From: Octopus bimaculoides
Taxonomy: Eukaryota
DNA length: 63,550 nucleotides
Direction: 5' to 3'
Assembly (NCBI RefSeq): GCF_001194135.2
Contig: NC_068993.1
Coordinates: 17,126,073 to 17,189,622 of the forward strand
Made by a program: the position numbers and the translations under genes. A model generated the notes under the pieces. The model did not search any database. It worked only from the letters and a program-made list of their open reading frames with translations, and was not told where the DNA came from. Below are positions 38,745 to 52,010 of the stretch, piece by piece (within the stretch, counting starts at the first letter, position 1; each line of letters starts with the position of its first letter).

Positions 38745-40264
38745 AAGGATAAAACCGTTAAAGATTTTATCAGTGGCCAGCATATAATATAGACCTATCA
38801 AGGTGAATTCATATATATAGATTATAATAGTATAAAATACAATTATAATTAAGGGCATAGAAGAGACCATGCCTGTGCTGAAAGTAGCCACTAAATTGTC
38901 AAACCACTTTAAAATTATCACTTTTATAGTACACAATGTGTTGAAATCAAGGGAGTAGACTCACAGAAATCCAGTAATTGGTCGATCCAAGGCTGACTAT
39001 TTTATGAATTTCTGTGAGCCTACTCCCTCGATTTCAACATGTTGTGTACTATCAAAGTGATAATTTTTCGGTGGTTTGACAATTTAGCATCTACTTTCAG
39101 CATAGGTATGGTCTCTTCTGTGCCCTTAATTATAAATGTATTTCATACTATCATAAATATATATATATGTATATAGCAAAGTTTTAAATTGTGTTGCAAT
39201 GTAATCATCTGTTATGCGAAATTTGTACAGAATTTTTAGAAGTATATTGGTGTCTGTGTAGTGTAACCTGATTGTAGGTCCTAAAATATTATGTTCAACT
39301 CTTTTGATGATAATGCCCTCGAAATTACCTCTGGTTTTTATAATACAAAACTTCTAATTTTTTAGTGTTCATCAATCTTATAATACATGCCATTGTGTAT
39401 ATTTACATATTGTCAAGCAAAGGGGAGAGAGCACCAATCATTGTGGAGTTATTTCTCCTGGTTACTCTGCGTGTGTGTGTGTGTGTGTATTTGTAAACAA
39501 ATTTGTCATTAAAAAATGTAGTAATTAAAAGAATTATTAGATAGTATCTGTAATAATTTGGCTTTGTAGCATCAGCATTTCTCTACAATTGACAAAACTC
39601 TTAGTTTGTGTTCTAATATGAAACTTGAAAAGTTATTTTTTTCTTTTATTCAAGATGATTTATTGTAATGTCTACTATATTTAAATATTTATATATTCAT
39701 AAATAATTGTATTTTACTATATTTTAACCTTATTTTTATTATCATTTTCAATACACTAAAGTAAGATATATTTTCTGTCATTATTAACTGTACTCGTATA
39801 GTAGTAGTTAAATGAAAGCTATTCACTATAATTTTGTTATATTCCAAATGACAACTTAATAAATGTACCAAAAGTGAATTATTTTACTATCTTTCAAAAT
39901 TAGCCAAAGGAAGTGTATTTAATGTGAAAGCATGTGGCCTGGTGATTAGGGTGTTGTACTCAAGATTGTAAGATTGTGGTTTCAGTTCCCAGATTAGATA
40001 GTGCATTGTGTTCTTAAGCAAGACACTTCATTTCACACTGTCCCAGTTCACTCAGCTGTAAATGAGTTCCAGCAATAACTGGAGAGCTAACCCTACTATG
40101 GATTGGTGTCCTATCCAGAGGGAAGTGTTGTAATCTCAGTTACTTATGTGCCATAGAAACCAAGTTAAGTTCCTGCCTTCTGAGTCCTGGGGTTCATTGC
40201 AGACATAAGTGTATTTAATAAAAACTACTTTAATGAAAGACTTAAAAGAATGTGTATGTGTGTG

Positions 40265-40298
<34 letters not shown>

Positions 40299-42126
40299 AT
40301 TGTGGATATGAAAATATTTTATGACCATTATAATGTATATTTGACTAGCACCACTGCATAAAATTTGTGATAAGCTGAGTCTAGGAGCCAGTTCTGATTC
40401 CTGATTGAAGCCAAATTCTCTTCACTTATTTATGTCCTTGACATGAAGGAGATATGAATGCCATTACTTATTGTTTACCCTTTTCAAAAACAAAAAAATT
40501 GAGTAATCACATATACAAAAAAAAAAAGACAGTTAATTTTGGTAAAAACTTGTGCAATGTATAAGTAAAAGATTATACCTAATACAGAAGATAGTGTCTT
40601 TACACTCAAACAGTGGAGCCTCTACACAGTCATTCAACATACTAGAAATAGCAGTTGAATTTTCCTCAAACCATACCCAATAGCTCTGTGGTTAAGAAGC
40701 TCGGTTTGCAACCATGTGATTGCAGGTTCAGTCCTACTACACAGTACCTTGAGGAAATATCTTCTTCAATAACCCCAGGCTGACCAATCCCTTGTGAGTA
40801 AATTTGGTTGATGGAAAGTGTGTGTGTGTGTATCTTTGTGTTTGTCCCTACAACCACCAGTGTTCATTTGTTTGTGTCCCTGTAACTTATCAGTTCAGCA
40901 AAAGAGACCAATGAAATGAATACCAGACTTAAAACAAGAACTTGGTTCAATCTGTTTGACTTATACCCTTCAAGGCAGTGCTCCAGTTTGGCCACATCCT
41001 ACTGACTGAAAAAAAAAACAATAAAAGATATATTAAAACAGAAAGGATAATGTAGTCCTATCTACAATCATGTTGATTAAGGTTGAGAAAGAAACGAGAT
41101 GGTCATGTTTGTAATGTCTTTGTTCGTTAGTTTGTTTGATCAGAACTAACCTGGGGCTGAACAAAAATAATAGTGAAACTTCAGTATAGTCCTTTGATGC
41201 ATCGGTAGACGAAACAGAATCTCCCTCAACTAGAAGTTTTTAAAATGTTTGAAATTCTTTAGAGCTGAATGTTTGCCTTTAATAATATAGATTGAATAAC
41301 CAAAGCCAGAATTTTGATCAAAGAATTCTTTCATGATTTATTGCCTTGACATACATTTACTTTGTCTGGGTTGATAAAGACCACTTAAAATCATCATCAC
41401 CATCATCATCATTGCCATTGTTGTTATGGGGAAATTATGATTATTATTATTATTATTAGTAGTAGTAGTAGTAGTAATAGTAGTAGAAGTAGTAGTAGCA
41501 GTAGTAGTAGTAGTAAGGTGGTGAGCTGGCAGAATCGTTAGCATATCTTTGTTCCGAGTTCAAATTCCGCTGAGGTTGACTTTGCCTTTCATCCTTTCAG
41601 GGTCAATAAATTAAATACCAGTGAAACACTAAGGTCGATATAATCTACTAGTCCCCTCCTGCAAAATTTCAGGCCTGTAGTAGAAAGGATTATTATTAAT
41701 ATTAATACTTTATAAATATTTAGGGCAGTAAGCTGGTAGAACCATTAGCACACCAGACAAAATGCATAGTGACATTTCGTCCATCCTTATTTTTCTAAGT
41801 TCAAATTGTGCTGAGGCCGACTTTGCCTTTCATCCTTTCAGGAGTCAATAAAATAAGTATCAGTTGAATTCTGGGGTCGATATAATCGACTTAGCCCCTT
41901 CCCCAAAATTGCTGGTCTTGTGACAAAATTTGAAACCAATATTTTATAAATATTTCAGCAGAATAGGCGCAGGAGTGGCAGTGTGGTAAGTAGCTTGCTT
42001 ACCAACCACATGGTCCTGGGTTCAGTCCCACTGTGTAGCACCTTTGCAAGTGTCTTCTACTATAGCCTCGGGCCGACCAAAGCCTTATGAGTGGATTTGG
42101 TAGATGGAAACTGGAAGAAGCCCATC

Positions 42127-42182
<56 letters not shown>

Positions 42183-42967
42183 GTTTGTGTGTCTGTTTGT
42201 CCCCAGCATTACTTGACAACCGATGCTGGTGTGTTTGCATCCCCATAACTTAGCGGTTCGGCAAAAGAACCGATAGATTAAGTACTAGGCTTACAAAGAA
42301 TAAGCTCTGGGGTCAATTTGCTCGACTATAAAGGCAGTGGTCCAGCATGGTCACAGTCAAATGACTGAGACAAGTAAAAGAGAATTGTTAGAGCATCAGA
42401 ATAAACGCGTTACAATATTTGTTCAGACTCTTTACATTCTGAGTTCAAACCTCCATTGAGGACAGCTTTACCTTTCATATCTCTGGGCTCAGTTTAATCA
42501 AATAAACCCCTCCCACCAAGCTGGTAGAATCTTTAGTATATTGGATAAAATACTTTACAGCATTTCTTCCGATTCATGTTCTGAGTTCAAATCTTGCCAA
42601 GGTCAACATTGCCTTTCTTCCTTTCCAGATTGATAAAATAAGTACCAGTTGTGTATTGAGGTTGATATAATTGACTAGACTGACTAGAAATAGCAACCAA
42701 ATCTCCTTCGAATTTATGTTATGTACACTATTTATATTAATCAGACTAGTGTCCTCATCTTGATTGTTGCTTTCATTTTGTTTTGGCTGTTGTATGCTCC
42801 AGCCCTCTTCAGGTGTTTTGAATCAAGGGGTTAGGTTTGAAATTTTGATACAGCTGAGTGCCACACAAGACTTCTGAAGAAGGCTGGAGTGTACGACAGC
42901 CGAGACTTAGTAAAAGCAACAAACAAGGTGAGGACACAGTCCATAATATAAACTGTATACACAAAAC

Positions 42968-43003
<36 letters not shown>

Positions 43004-43667
43004 ACACCAGAGTAAGCACATAAATGTGAAACAAGGTGGGGGAAAATAGTACTCAAATACCAGAGGTAGAGTAATATGCTTTATTATTAAAGCTGCAAAA
43101 ACATCACAAAAAACTGCTACTCAGAGTTTCATGTTTCCATTTGTCAGGCAGCTTGATCATAACTGCCCAACAAACAGGAGCGTGAAACTCTGAGTAGCAG
43201 TTTTTTTGTGATGTTTTTGTTGTTTTAATAATAAAGTATATATATATATATGTATATCTTTACTCTTTTACTTGTTTCAGTCATTTGACTGTGGCCATGC
43301 TGGAGCACCGCCTTTTTAGTCAAGCTAATCGACCCCAGGACTTATTCTTTGTAAGCCTAGTACTTATTCTATCGGTCTCTTTTGTCGAACCTCTAAGCTA
43401 CGGGGATGTAAACACACCAGCATCGGTTGTGAAGTGATGTTGGAGGGGACAAACACAGACATGTACACACATATACATATATATATATATATGTATACAT
43501 ATATACGACAGGCTTCTTTCAGTTTCCGTCTACCAAATCCACTCACAAGGCTTTGGTCGGCCCAAGGCTATAGTAGAAGACACTTGCCCATGGTGCCACG
43601 CAGTGGGACTGAACCCAGAACCATGTGGATCGTAAGCATGCTACTTACCACACAGCCACTCCTACGC

Positions 43668-43703
<36 letters not shown>

Positions 43704-46700
43704 GTTAATTATTTGCAGGACCTCCTATAGAATGAAAATATTTTAATAATAAGGACACCAAGGTAGGGTCGAGAGCAGCATATCTGTGTCTCAAGAGTAT
43801 ATGTGGATACTCACATACATACTAATGTATATACGAACTTGTGCTATCACTTACATATACATGCACATGGACTGATCAATATAAGTATCCATGTATAGGT
43901 AAAATCACACACACGTATATTCTGGTATGCAGTTTGTGGTCCACAGTTCATGGCCAGATCCAATGTAGGGAAGGTTTCGAATGCTGGCACATAAAAGCAC
44001 CCACTACACTCTTGGAGTGGTTGGCGTTAGGAAGGGCACCCAGCTGTAGAAACTCTGCCAGATCAGATTGGAGCCTGGTGCAGCCCTCTGGTTTGCCAGT
44101 CCTCAGTGAAATCATCCAGCCCATGCTAGCATGGAAGGCAGACGTTAAACCATGATGATGATGAATAACATGTATAGGCTGAGGTTCACTATAGCTGTTT
44201 CAGACACGGGGTTATTNNNNNNNNNNNNNNNNNNNNNNNNNNNNNNNNNNNNNNNNNNNNNNNNNNNNNNNNNNNNNNNNNNNNNNNNNNNNNGGGGGGT
44301 TCATGAACAAATCAATTACATTAAATATATTATATACAAGTATAGTATTGCTAGAATACCTTTACTCATAGGTCTGAAGGGCAGAACTAGGACTAATTAC
44401 CATCATCATCAACATCTGTTTCTGCTGTAGTTTTCTGATGCCCCCCTCTAGTGTTTCAAATGGTATGATGAAGGATAACAGTGAAATTAAGGGTTCTTTT
44501 TTTTTTCTTTGGTGGTTGGGATGTAAAGAGTTTTATCATCTTCATTGTCCTACTTCTGTTCAATGCACTTTATTATGTTCTTTGTAAAGAATTTGGCCTT
44601 TCATTATTGGTTTTATTAGCTTTGATGGTAGAGTCTGAGAACGAAAATCAGCCATTAACAGAGGCAGCTGTACGAACATACAACTTGTCAAATTTTCTGA
44701 GTGACAAATAGACATGGTAGATAACATCACCTCATATTTTTCCTTGTAGTAGTTTCACTAAGCTATATTCTCACCAGTTGAGATCAAAGCCTCTCTTTCT
44801 GAGACTGTTTGATAAGTTACTAATATTTCAGGTCATATTCAGCTGGGGAGTGGATGGTCCCAAAGGTTGCTGGTTTAGTAAGTGGCCATGTAGCTACTGT
44901 CAGAGATTATTTTAATAATAGTCTTGACATTAAACTTCACTTTAAAACACTGAAGCAATCACACCATCACATAACTTTATCTCATCTCACACCATTACAT
45001 TCTCTTGTTAAGGATCCCTTAATTCCACAATCTGTTCTCTCTAAACTTGACTGGGGTGGGGGTTCTATTTTTTCTTTCTTTTTTTTTTTTGTCTAAATAC
45101 TTATGTATTTTGAAGCAAAGAAAGACAAAAAGCAAAAAAGAAATAACATTGGAATTATTTCAATGAACTTTTCAAGTAAACCATTGGACAAATATTTGAA
45201 AAGCAAAATAATACAACGATCAGTGCAGGCATGGTTGTTTGGTTAAGAAGATTGCTTCCCAACCACATGGTTCTGGGTTCAGTCCCACTGCATGGCACCT
45301 TGAGCAAGTGTCTTCTACTATAGCCCCAAATTAATCATGGCCTCGTGAGTGGACCTGAAATTGATAGAAGCCTGTTGTATATATGTATATAAGTGTGTAT
45401 GTGAATGTATATTTGTGTCTCCTTATCTTAACATTGCGTGATGTTTGTAAATGATTCTCACTATCATTAAAAACAGTGCCATTTCCAATATTCTGTGAGA
45501 ATATGCCTGGTCATGCCTCAATAAACTCCGTCCAGCTTGTGCAAGTGTGGAATAGTGAACATTAAGACAATGATGATGAACATGATTGTGATGCCACTGT
45601 CCATCATGATGACATTTTTAAATGGAAGTAAAAACTGAATAATAATTCCAATTGTCTCAAGTATAATAGAAAAGGTTATAAATGACCATGTCCTTCATCT
45701 CCATGAATCTCCCTCTTTTATCCATGTCTGGAATGATAGCTTTTTAATTTGGTCACTTGCGTATGTACTCCATCAATTTCTTGGATACTGGCTGTATGAT
45801 CACTATAGGGAGTTTAGTTGTGATTGTAAATAGTGTAGGTCGTTTTAGATGTGTAATGTCTGTTTGTGATGCTTTTGTCCTCATAGTGGATTGTGAAGAA
45901 GTCTTGGCAGATGTTGGTCTTAGGAAGCACCAAGTTGGAATTTCTCTGTTTTGACAGAAATGTTTCAGATTTTTTTTCACGATGCCCTTGAAAATGCTCT
46001 GGACTATCTTTTTAGTAAAAAAATTTGAAAATTTATAATTTTTATCAACCCCAAACTTTACTGGTCATGGGATATGCTAGAAACTACAGTCAAATCTCCC
46101 TTAAATCATCTGAAAATATTTACTTTTTTTTCTTACCGCAAAAAGCTTCTATAGTTTTTTAAGTGCCCACAAAATCAACCAAAATCGATCCAGAGAGGGG
46201 AAGATGGGGTGGAGGTAAAAAAAAACAAACATTTTTTGCTCTTTTTTTTTTTTTTTGTTAAAAATATAGTCCAGAGCATTTCCAAGGGCACCATGAAAAA
46301 AACAATCTGAAAAATCCCTGTCAAAATGGAAAAATTCCAACTTATTGGTGCTTCCCAATTCCAACATCCACCAAAGTCTTTATAGTTTGTTTTTCTAAAA
46401 CAGTAAAAGGGACATTTACCATTTTATTCTGCTGTATGTTTGAGAAACTCACTTTGCAGCCATGTAGTTTTGGGTTCAGTCCCACAGCGTAGTACCTTGG
46501 TCAAGTGTCTTCCAAAATAATCCTGGGTTAATTAATGCTTTAGGAATGAATTTAGTAGATGGAAACTGTGTGGAAGCCTATCATATATGTGTGTGTTTGG
46601 GTTTGTCCCCACACCATCACTTGACAACCAGTGTTGATTTGTTTACAACCCCATAACTTAGTGGTTTGGCAAAAGAGACCAATAGAAGTAGTGCCAGACT

Positions 46701-47607
46701 TCAAAATAAATACTGAGGTTGATTTGTTTTGACTAAACTTTTCAATGCAGTGCCCCAGTATGACCAAAGTCCAATGACTAAAATGAGTAAAAGGCATGTT
46801 TCAGTTTTATATCAAAAATCAGTATCAACTAACAAGAACTGAATATGTTTCTTCGAGTGATTCAAACATCTTTCTACCTATGGCCATGGTGTCCCATTAA
46901 TAATGCTAATTAATTAAACAAAAACAAAAAGATAATGGCCCATCATATTAGTTGTAAGGTCTTAAAGGAAAGTACTTATCTAACAACCACCTGGATTGTC
47001 TGTCACCGGTGTGTAATGTGAGAACAAGAGAGAGTTTCAAGTCCCAAAGAAATTAGTTTAGCTAGTTTCAGCTACCATACTGGACTTATTAAGGATATCG
47101 ACTCTTCCAAATATTTCATGGTTGACACAGGAGCCAGTGTCAGTATTTGGCCTTTATAGTTTCCTTCTTCTAAACCCCAGCCATATAACATGTTCTTTAC
47201 ATTTAATTTTATAAATATTGTGTTTGCATGCGTTGTTTGCGTTTTGCCAGTGCTTGTATGACTCATTTATTCTGGAGCCAAAATTACATTTTAAGGCATG
47301 GCTGTGTGGTAAGGAGTTTGCTTCACATGGTTCCAGGCTCAGTCCCACTGCATGGTACCTTGGGCAAATGTCTTCTACTATAACCTTGGGCCAACGAAAG
47401 CCTTGTGAGTGGATNNNNNNNNNNNNNNNNNNNNNNNNNNNNNNNNNNNNNNNNNNNNNNNNNNNNNNNNNNNNNNNNNNNNNNNNNNNNNNNNNNNNNN
47501 NNNNNNNNNNNNNNNNNNNNNNNNNNNNNNNNNNNNNNNNNNNNNNNNNNNNNNNNNNNNNNNNNNNNNNNNNNNNNNNNNNNNNNNNNNNNNNATATAT
47601 ATATGTG

Positions 47608-47642
<35 letters not shown>

Positions 47643-50600
47643 CCTCCTACCATCGTTTGACAGCTAGTGTTTGGTTACATCCCTATAACTAAGTAGTTCA
47701 ACAAAAGAGACTGATAGAATTAGTACGAGGCTTAAAAAGAAAACAAGTACTGGGGTTGATTAGTTTGACTAAAATTTCTCAAGGCTGTGCCCCAGTCTAA
47801 TGACTGAAGCAAAGTATAAAAGATTTTTTTTTTAAATCCCTTCCCCTTGGAGCATGAGGCCATGAACAACTTTTCTCCCCTGTTTTTGACACTGATCTGT
47901 AAGGCGTTCCTTTCTCAGTTCCTGTTAGTTTTGAATTGCCATCAATGTTTCTGTAACTTAGGTTTTTTCCTTTGTAGAGATGATGTCTTTAAACAAACCC
48001 ATTTATACTTCTGGGAAGAGGTGAGCCATATTAGTCAGGCATCTATCCCTTGGCCTGTCAAGCATGGGAGGCCTTACTGGAGGCTTGCACTCCACTGGCA
48101 TAGCTCCCAGGGTCATTAAGACGCGCAGGCCAATACCTCTTCCCCACCTCCGCAAGAAGGACTGGACCTTGTGGTGAAAATGCTTTAATCACCCAAATAT
48201 AATTAGGACTCTTATTACATAAGAAATTTTTACTAACAACATTGGAGTAGGGGAAAGGGGATTTTGTTTTAATTTCCACCTAAATTTCTTCGAAAGAAAA
48301 GTCAGATTACATAATTTTATTTCTCTATCTTTATTCATCTGAAGTAGAATAAAATGGTAGACTGGAATACATTTTGAGATACAGTTTTAATAAATCTTAC
48401 ATTCAAAACCACTGTAAGTAATAAAAGTAAAGTTACCTTTTTGTGTCATACTGACTCATAAGGGACGGTTTCCCAGTTTCCATGGCATGGAAACTGGATG
48501 GGACGCCAGTCTGTCGCAGGATCACTCATGTTTGCCAGCTGAGTGGACTGTCGCAACGTGAAATGAAGTGTTTTGCTCAAGAACACAACGCCTCGCCTGG
48601 TTCAGGATCTTTTAAGTGTGTTACTTGAAATAGATAAGGGTACTAGAGTAGCATCAGGACTGGTTACTAAGGCTAGGGAATGACCCAATAATCTAGATGT
48701 GAAGTCTTCTATCCACACTGCCAGAATGAGATGATTGAGCTTGGATGTTTGGATGCTGGCAATATGACATGGCTAACTTGACATTGAACCTGTTTTGGCA
48801 ACAATACTTTTTTAACACTGGATACACACACACACATGCACAAGAACATAGACATACAAATAGAGAGCAGAAAAGCAAGAGAGAGATATTACAGTTTATT
48901 AATTGAACATGACTGACATAAACACTTTTTCTCTTCTCATGCACATAGAGAAAGAAATATGTTCACACACCATAAACACAGAAAGTAAGGTGCAAGGAGA
49001 ATGAAAGAAACATCAAAACATTTGATGTTAGATGCATCAGTGTCGACAAAGCATCTCATTTCCCTTTACTCCGTGCTCCCTTTTTCTGGCCTTGCAAAAA
49101 AACACAGGGCTCAAGAATGCCTCCTTTCCTCCTCAGGAAGAGAGGTACCTTGCTAAACTATAAAAATAATAGACTTAACAAAACCGATCTCACATGCACC
49201 AGTAACATGTTATAAAGATTAATTTTGTTGATTACACACTGCATTTACCCAAGAATTGGTCTCCAACTGAGTCCAAAGAAAATCAATAACAAACATATCA
49301 ATATTTCTGTAGGTAATAAGTTAATTTTGCATAAAAACATGGTTGTGTTTTCCTCTTTTACATAGCATCTTTTTTTTTTTATTTATTTATTTATATATAC
49401 TTTTTCTTGTCATTTATTTATTTACTTACTTTTTTTGTTTTTCTAATTTCTCTTTGAAGAAAACTAGTGCCATGCCGCCGTAAATATAATGGTATTGAAA
49501 TTGACTGTCGTATTGATAACCTGCCGAGTTTGCCAGACGAGGTAAGCTATGAAGCTTTTAGTGGAAAATTTTCTTTCATTCTCTCTCTCTCTCTTTCTTC
49601 CTCTCTCTCTATTTCTCCACAAACACACACACATTTTAACATCAAACAGGGCCTACAACCAATATGTATTCAATACATGAAATACACATATGAAATTTGA
49701 TAATAATTGGAGCACCCATGAAATATAGACATCTTGTAAAATTATTATTATTACATGAAGAAAAATAAGCTGTAAACATGGAATAAATTGTCCTGTTTTA
49801 GGGACATGACAGACTTCACAGAAAAGCTAGCTGCTATCATATATACATATACATATATATATATACACATATATATATACACATATANNNNNNNNNNNNN
49901 NNNNNNNNNNNNNNNNNNNNNNNNNNNNNNNNNNNNNNNNNNNNNNNNNNNNNNNNNNNNNNNNNNNNNNNNNNNNNNNNNNNNNNNAAAAGTATATATT
50001 AGTATGACGCTCGGGAATACGGAAAGTCTTTGTGTGTTACGGTGATATGATATCAAATACAGAACTGGTTTATTGAAGTAGATTTTCTATGGCTGGATGC
50101 CCTTCCTATCACCAACCCTCACCTGTTTCCAAACACAGTAAAATTACCCCATGGCCAGACATGTTTTCACAGTTTAGAAATGAACTACACTGCTTGTTAG
50201 GTTACACTTAATTGTTCATAGCTATTGTGCAATGTCAATCAAGGAGATACAAACACAACCAAACACATACATGTGTGCTTGCATGCACACACACACACAC
50301 ACATGTATATGTGTGGTTTAGTGGTTAGGATGATGTACTCATAACTATAATATTGCAGGTTCAATTCTTGGACTGAGTGACATGTTTTGTCCCTTGACCC
50401 CGGTACTCCATTTTATATTGCTCCAGTCTACTTGACTGAAAATTGGTACCAACCTATTGCTGGTGCAGACCTTTCTACTCTCCAGCTATCACAATTCCGT
50501 GGAATTTTGTCAGTGAACAGGTCGCGGTCTCAAACCAATGAAAATATTTTGGCAAATTAAATTTAAATGTTGAATTGAATCTAACAGTTTTTGTGTGTTT

Positions 50601-51969
50601 CTTAAATGGCTTATAAACACCTTCCATCTGCAATTATATATATATATATATATATTTATATATAAAAAATACAAAAATGGGACAAGAACGCAAAACATCC
50701 AGACAGGTGATACAAAAAAAGGGACACATATTGAAAAATTACAATTTCTTATCCAGTAACACCTCTCATTTAATACGATTTTCATAGGATTTTAAAATTT
50801 AACATTGCATATTTTTAAACATTTTTTCTTCAGCCACTCTATTATGATGATGAATTTGATCGAAAATCTTTACGACGTCATCTCCCTTCAACCAAGAGTT
50901 ATGATTCAGATGACCGCTGTTCAGTTCACACACAGAACTCACCTACAGCTGAAACACCACTAATTACTGAACCAAAGAAACGTAATAAAACCAATGTAAG
51001 TAAATCGTTATATTTCTGATACTTTTACGTTTATATTCTCATGATGGAGGGATGGAAACAGCTGTACAGCAAGACACTTGTTTCTGTCCCTCTGTCATAA
51101 GTTAACCTCTCATCAACTAACATAAAACTACTTTCCTCAATACTACTCCCACCTCCCTCAGTTGAAGTGTCTTGTTTTGCAAGTTACTTGGTGACCTCAG
51201 TGGTGCTGATGCCACATAAAAAGCACATAGTACACTCAATAAAGTGGCTGGCATTAGAAAAGGCATCCAGCTATAGAAACCATGCTAAAATAGATGTAGG
51301 CACTTAGTATAGTCTTCTGGCAATCCAGTTCCTGTCAAATCCCTGACCCATGCCAGCATGGAAAATGAACATTAAATAGTAATAACGATAATGTTGTGTA
51401 AAGCTGCTTAGTTAAAACTAAATGAAGCAAAGCCTGAGGTTCTCTAGAGCACACACAACCAAAGAATTCGTTATTTCAAAATCAAGGATTTTCTTTTCAC
51501 CCAAGTTTTCAAAGACAAGACAGCACTGATGTTTGATTTCACCTGTTGCCTGTGCTGTGTATCACATGATATACACAATATATTTCCCTGGTGTATGTGT
51601 GTCGTATATAATACACATTCCCAATTTTTTTTCAACCACCAAAGAAATTTGGAAATTATGAAAGGAAAGCTATAAGAGTTAACTAAATGCCTGTTTTTTA
51701 ATAGTATTATGTTTAAAATTGATGTAAGTTGACACTGTCATAGTGTATTTTCTTGTCAAATGTTTACATTATCAGATGTCACGACAAATACAATTGAAAT
51801 AGATCTCAAAATGCACTGGCATACCTGTGAGGTAAGAAATTTGCTTCCTAACTACATGGTTCCAAGTTCAGTTCCACTCCATGGAACCATGAGCAAGTGT
51901 CTTCTACTATAGCCTTGAACCAACCAAAGCCTTATGAGTGGATTTGGTTGACAGAAACTGAAAGAAGCT

Positions 51970-52010
<41 letters not shown>

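Noticed and set aside
44481-44711. Hydrophobic ORF as an alternative TM exon
   Set aside because: T-rich low complexity, no phase-compatible splice sites, and a proper TM exon exists at 22761.
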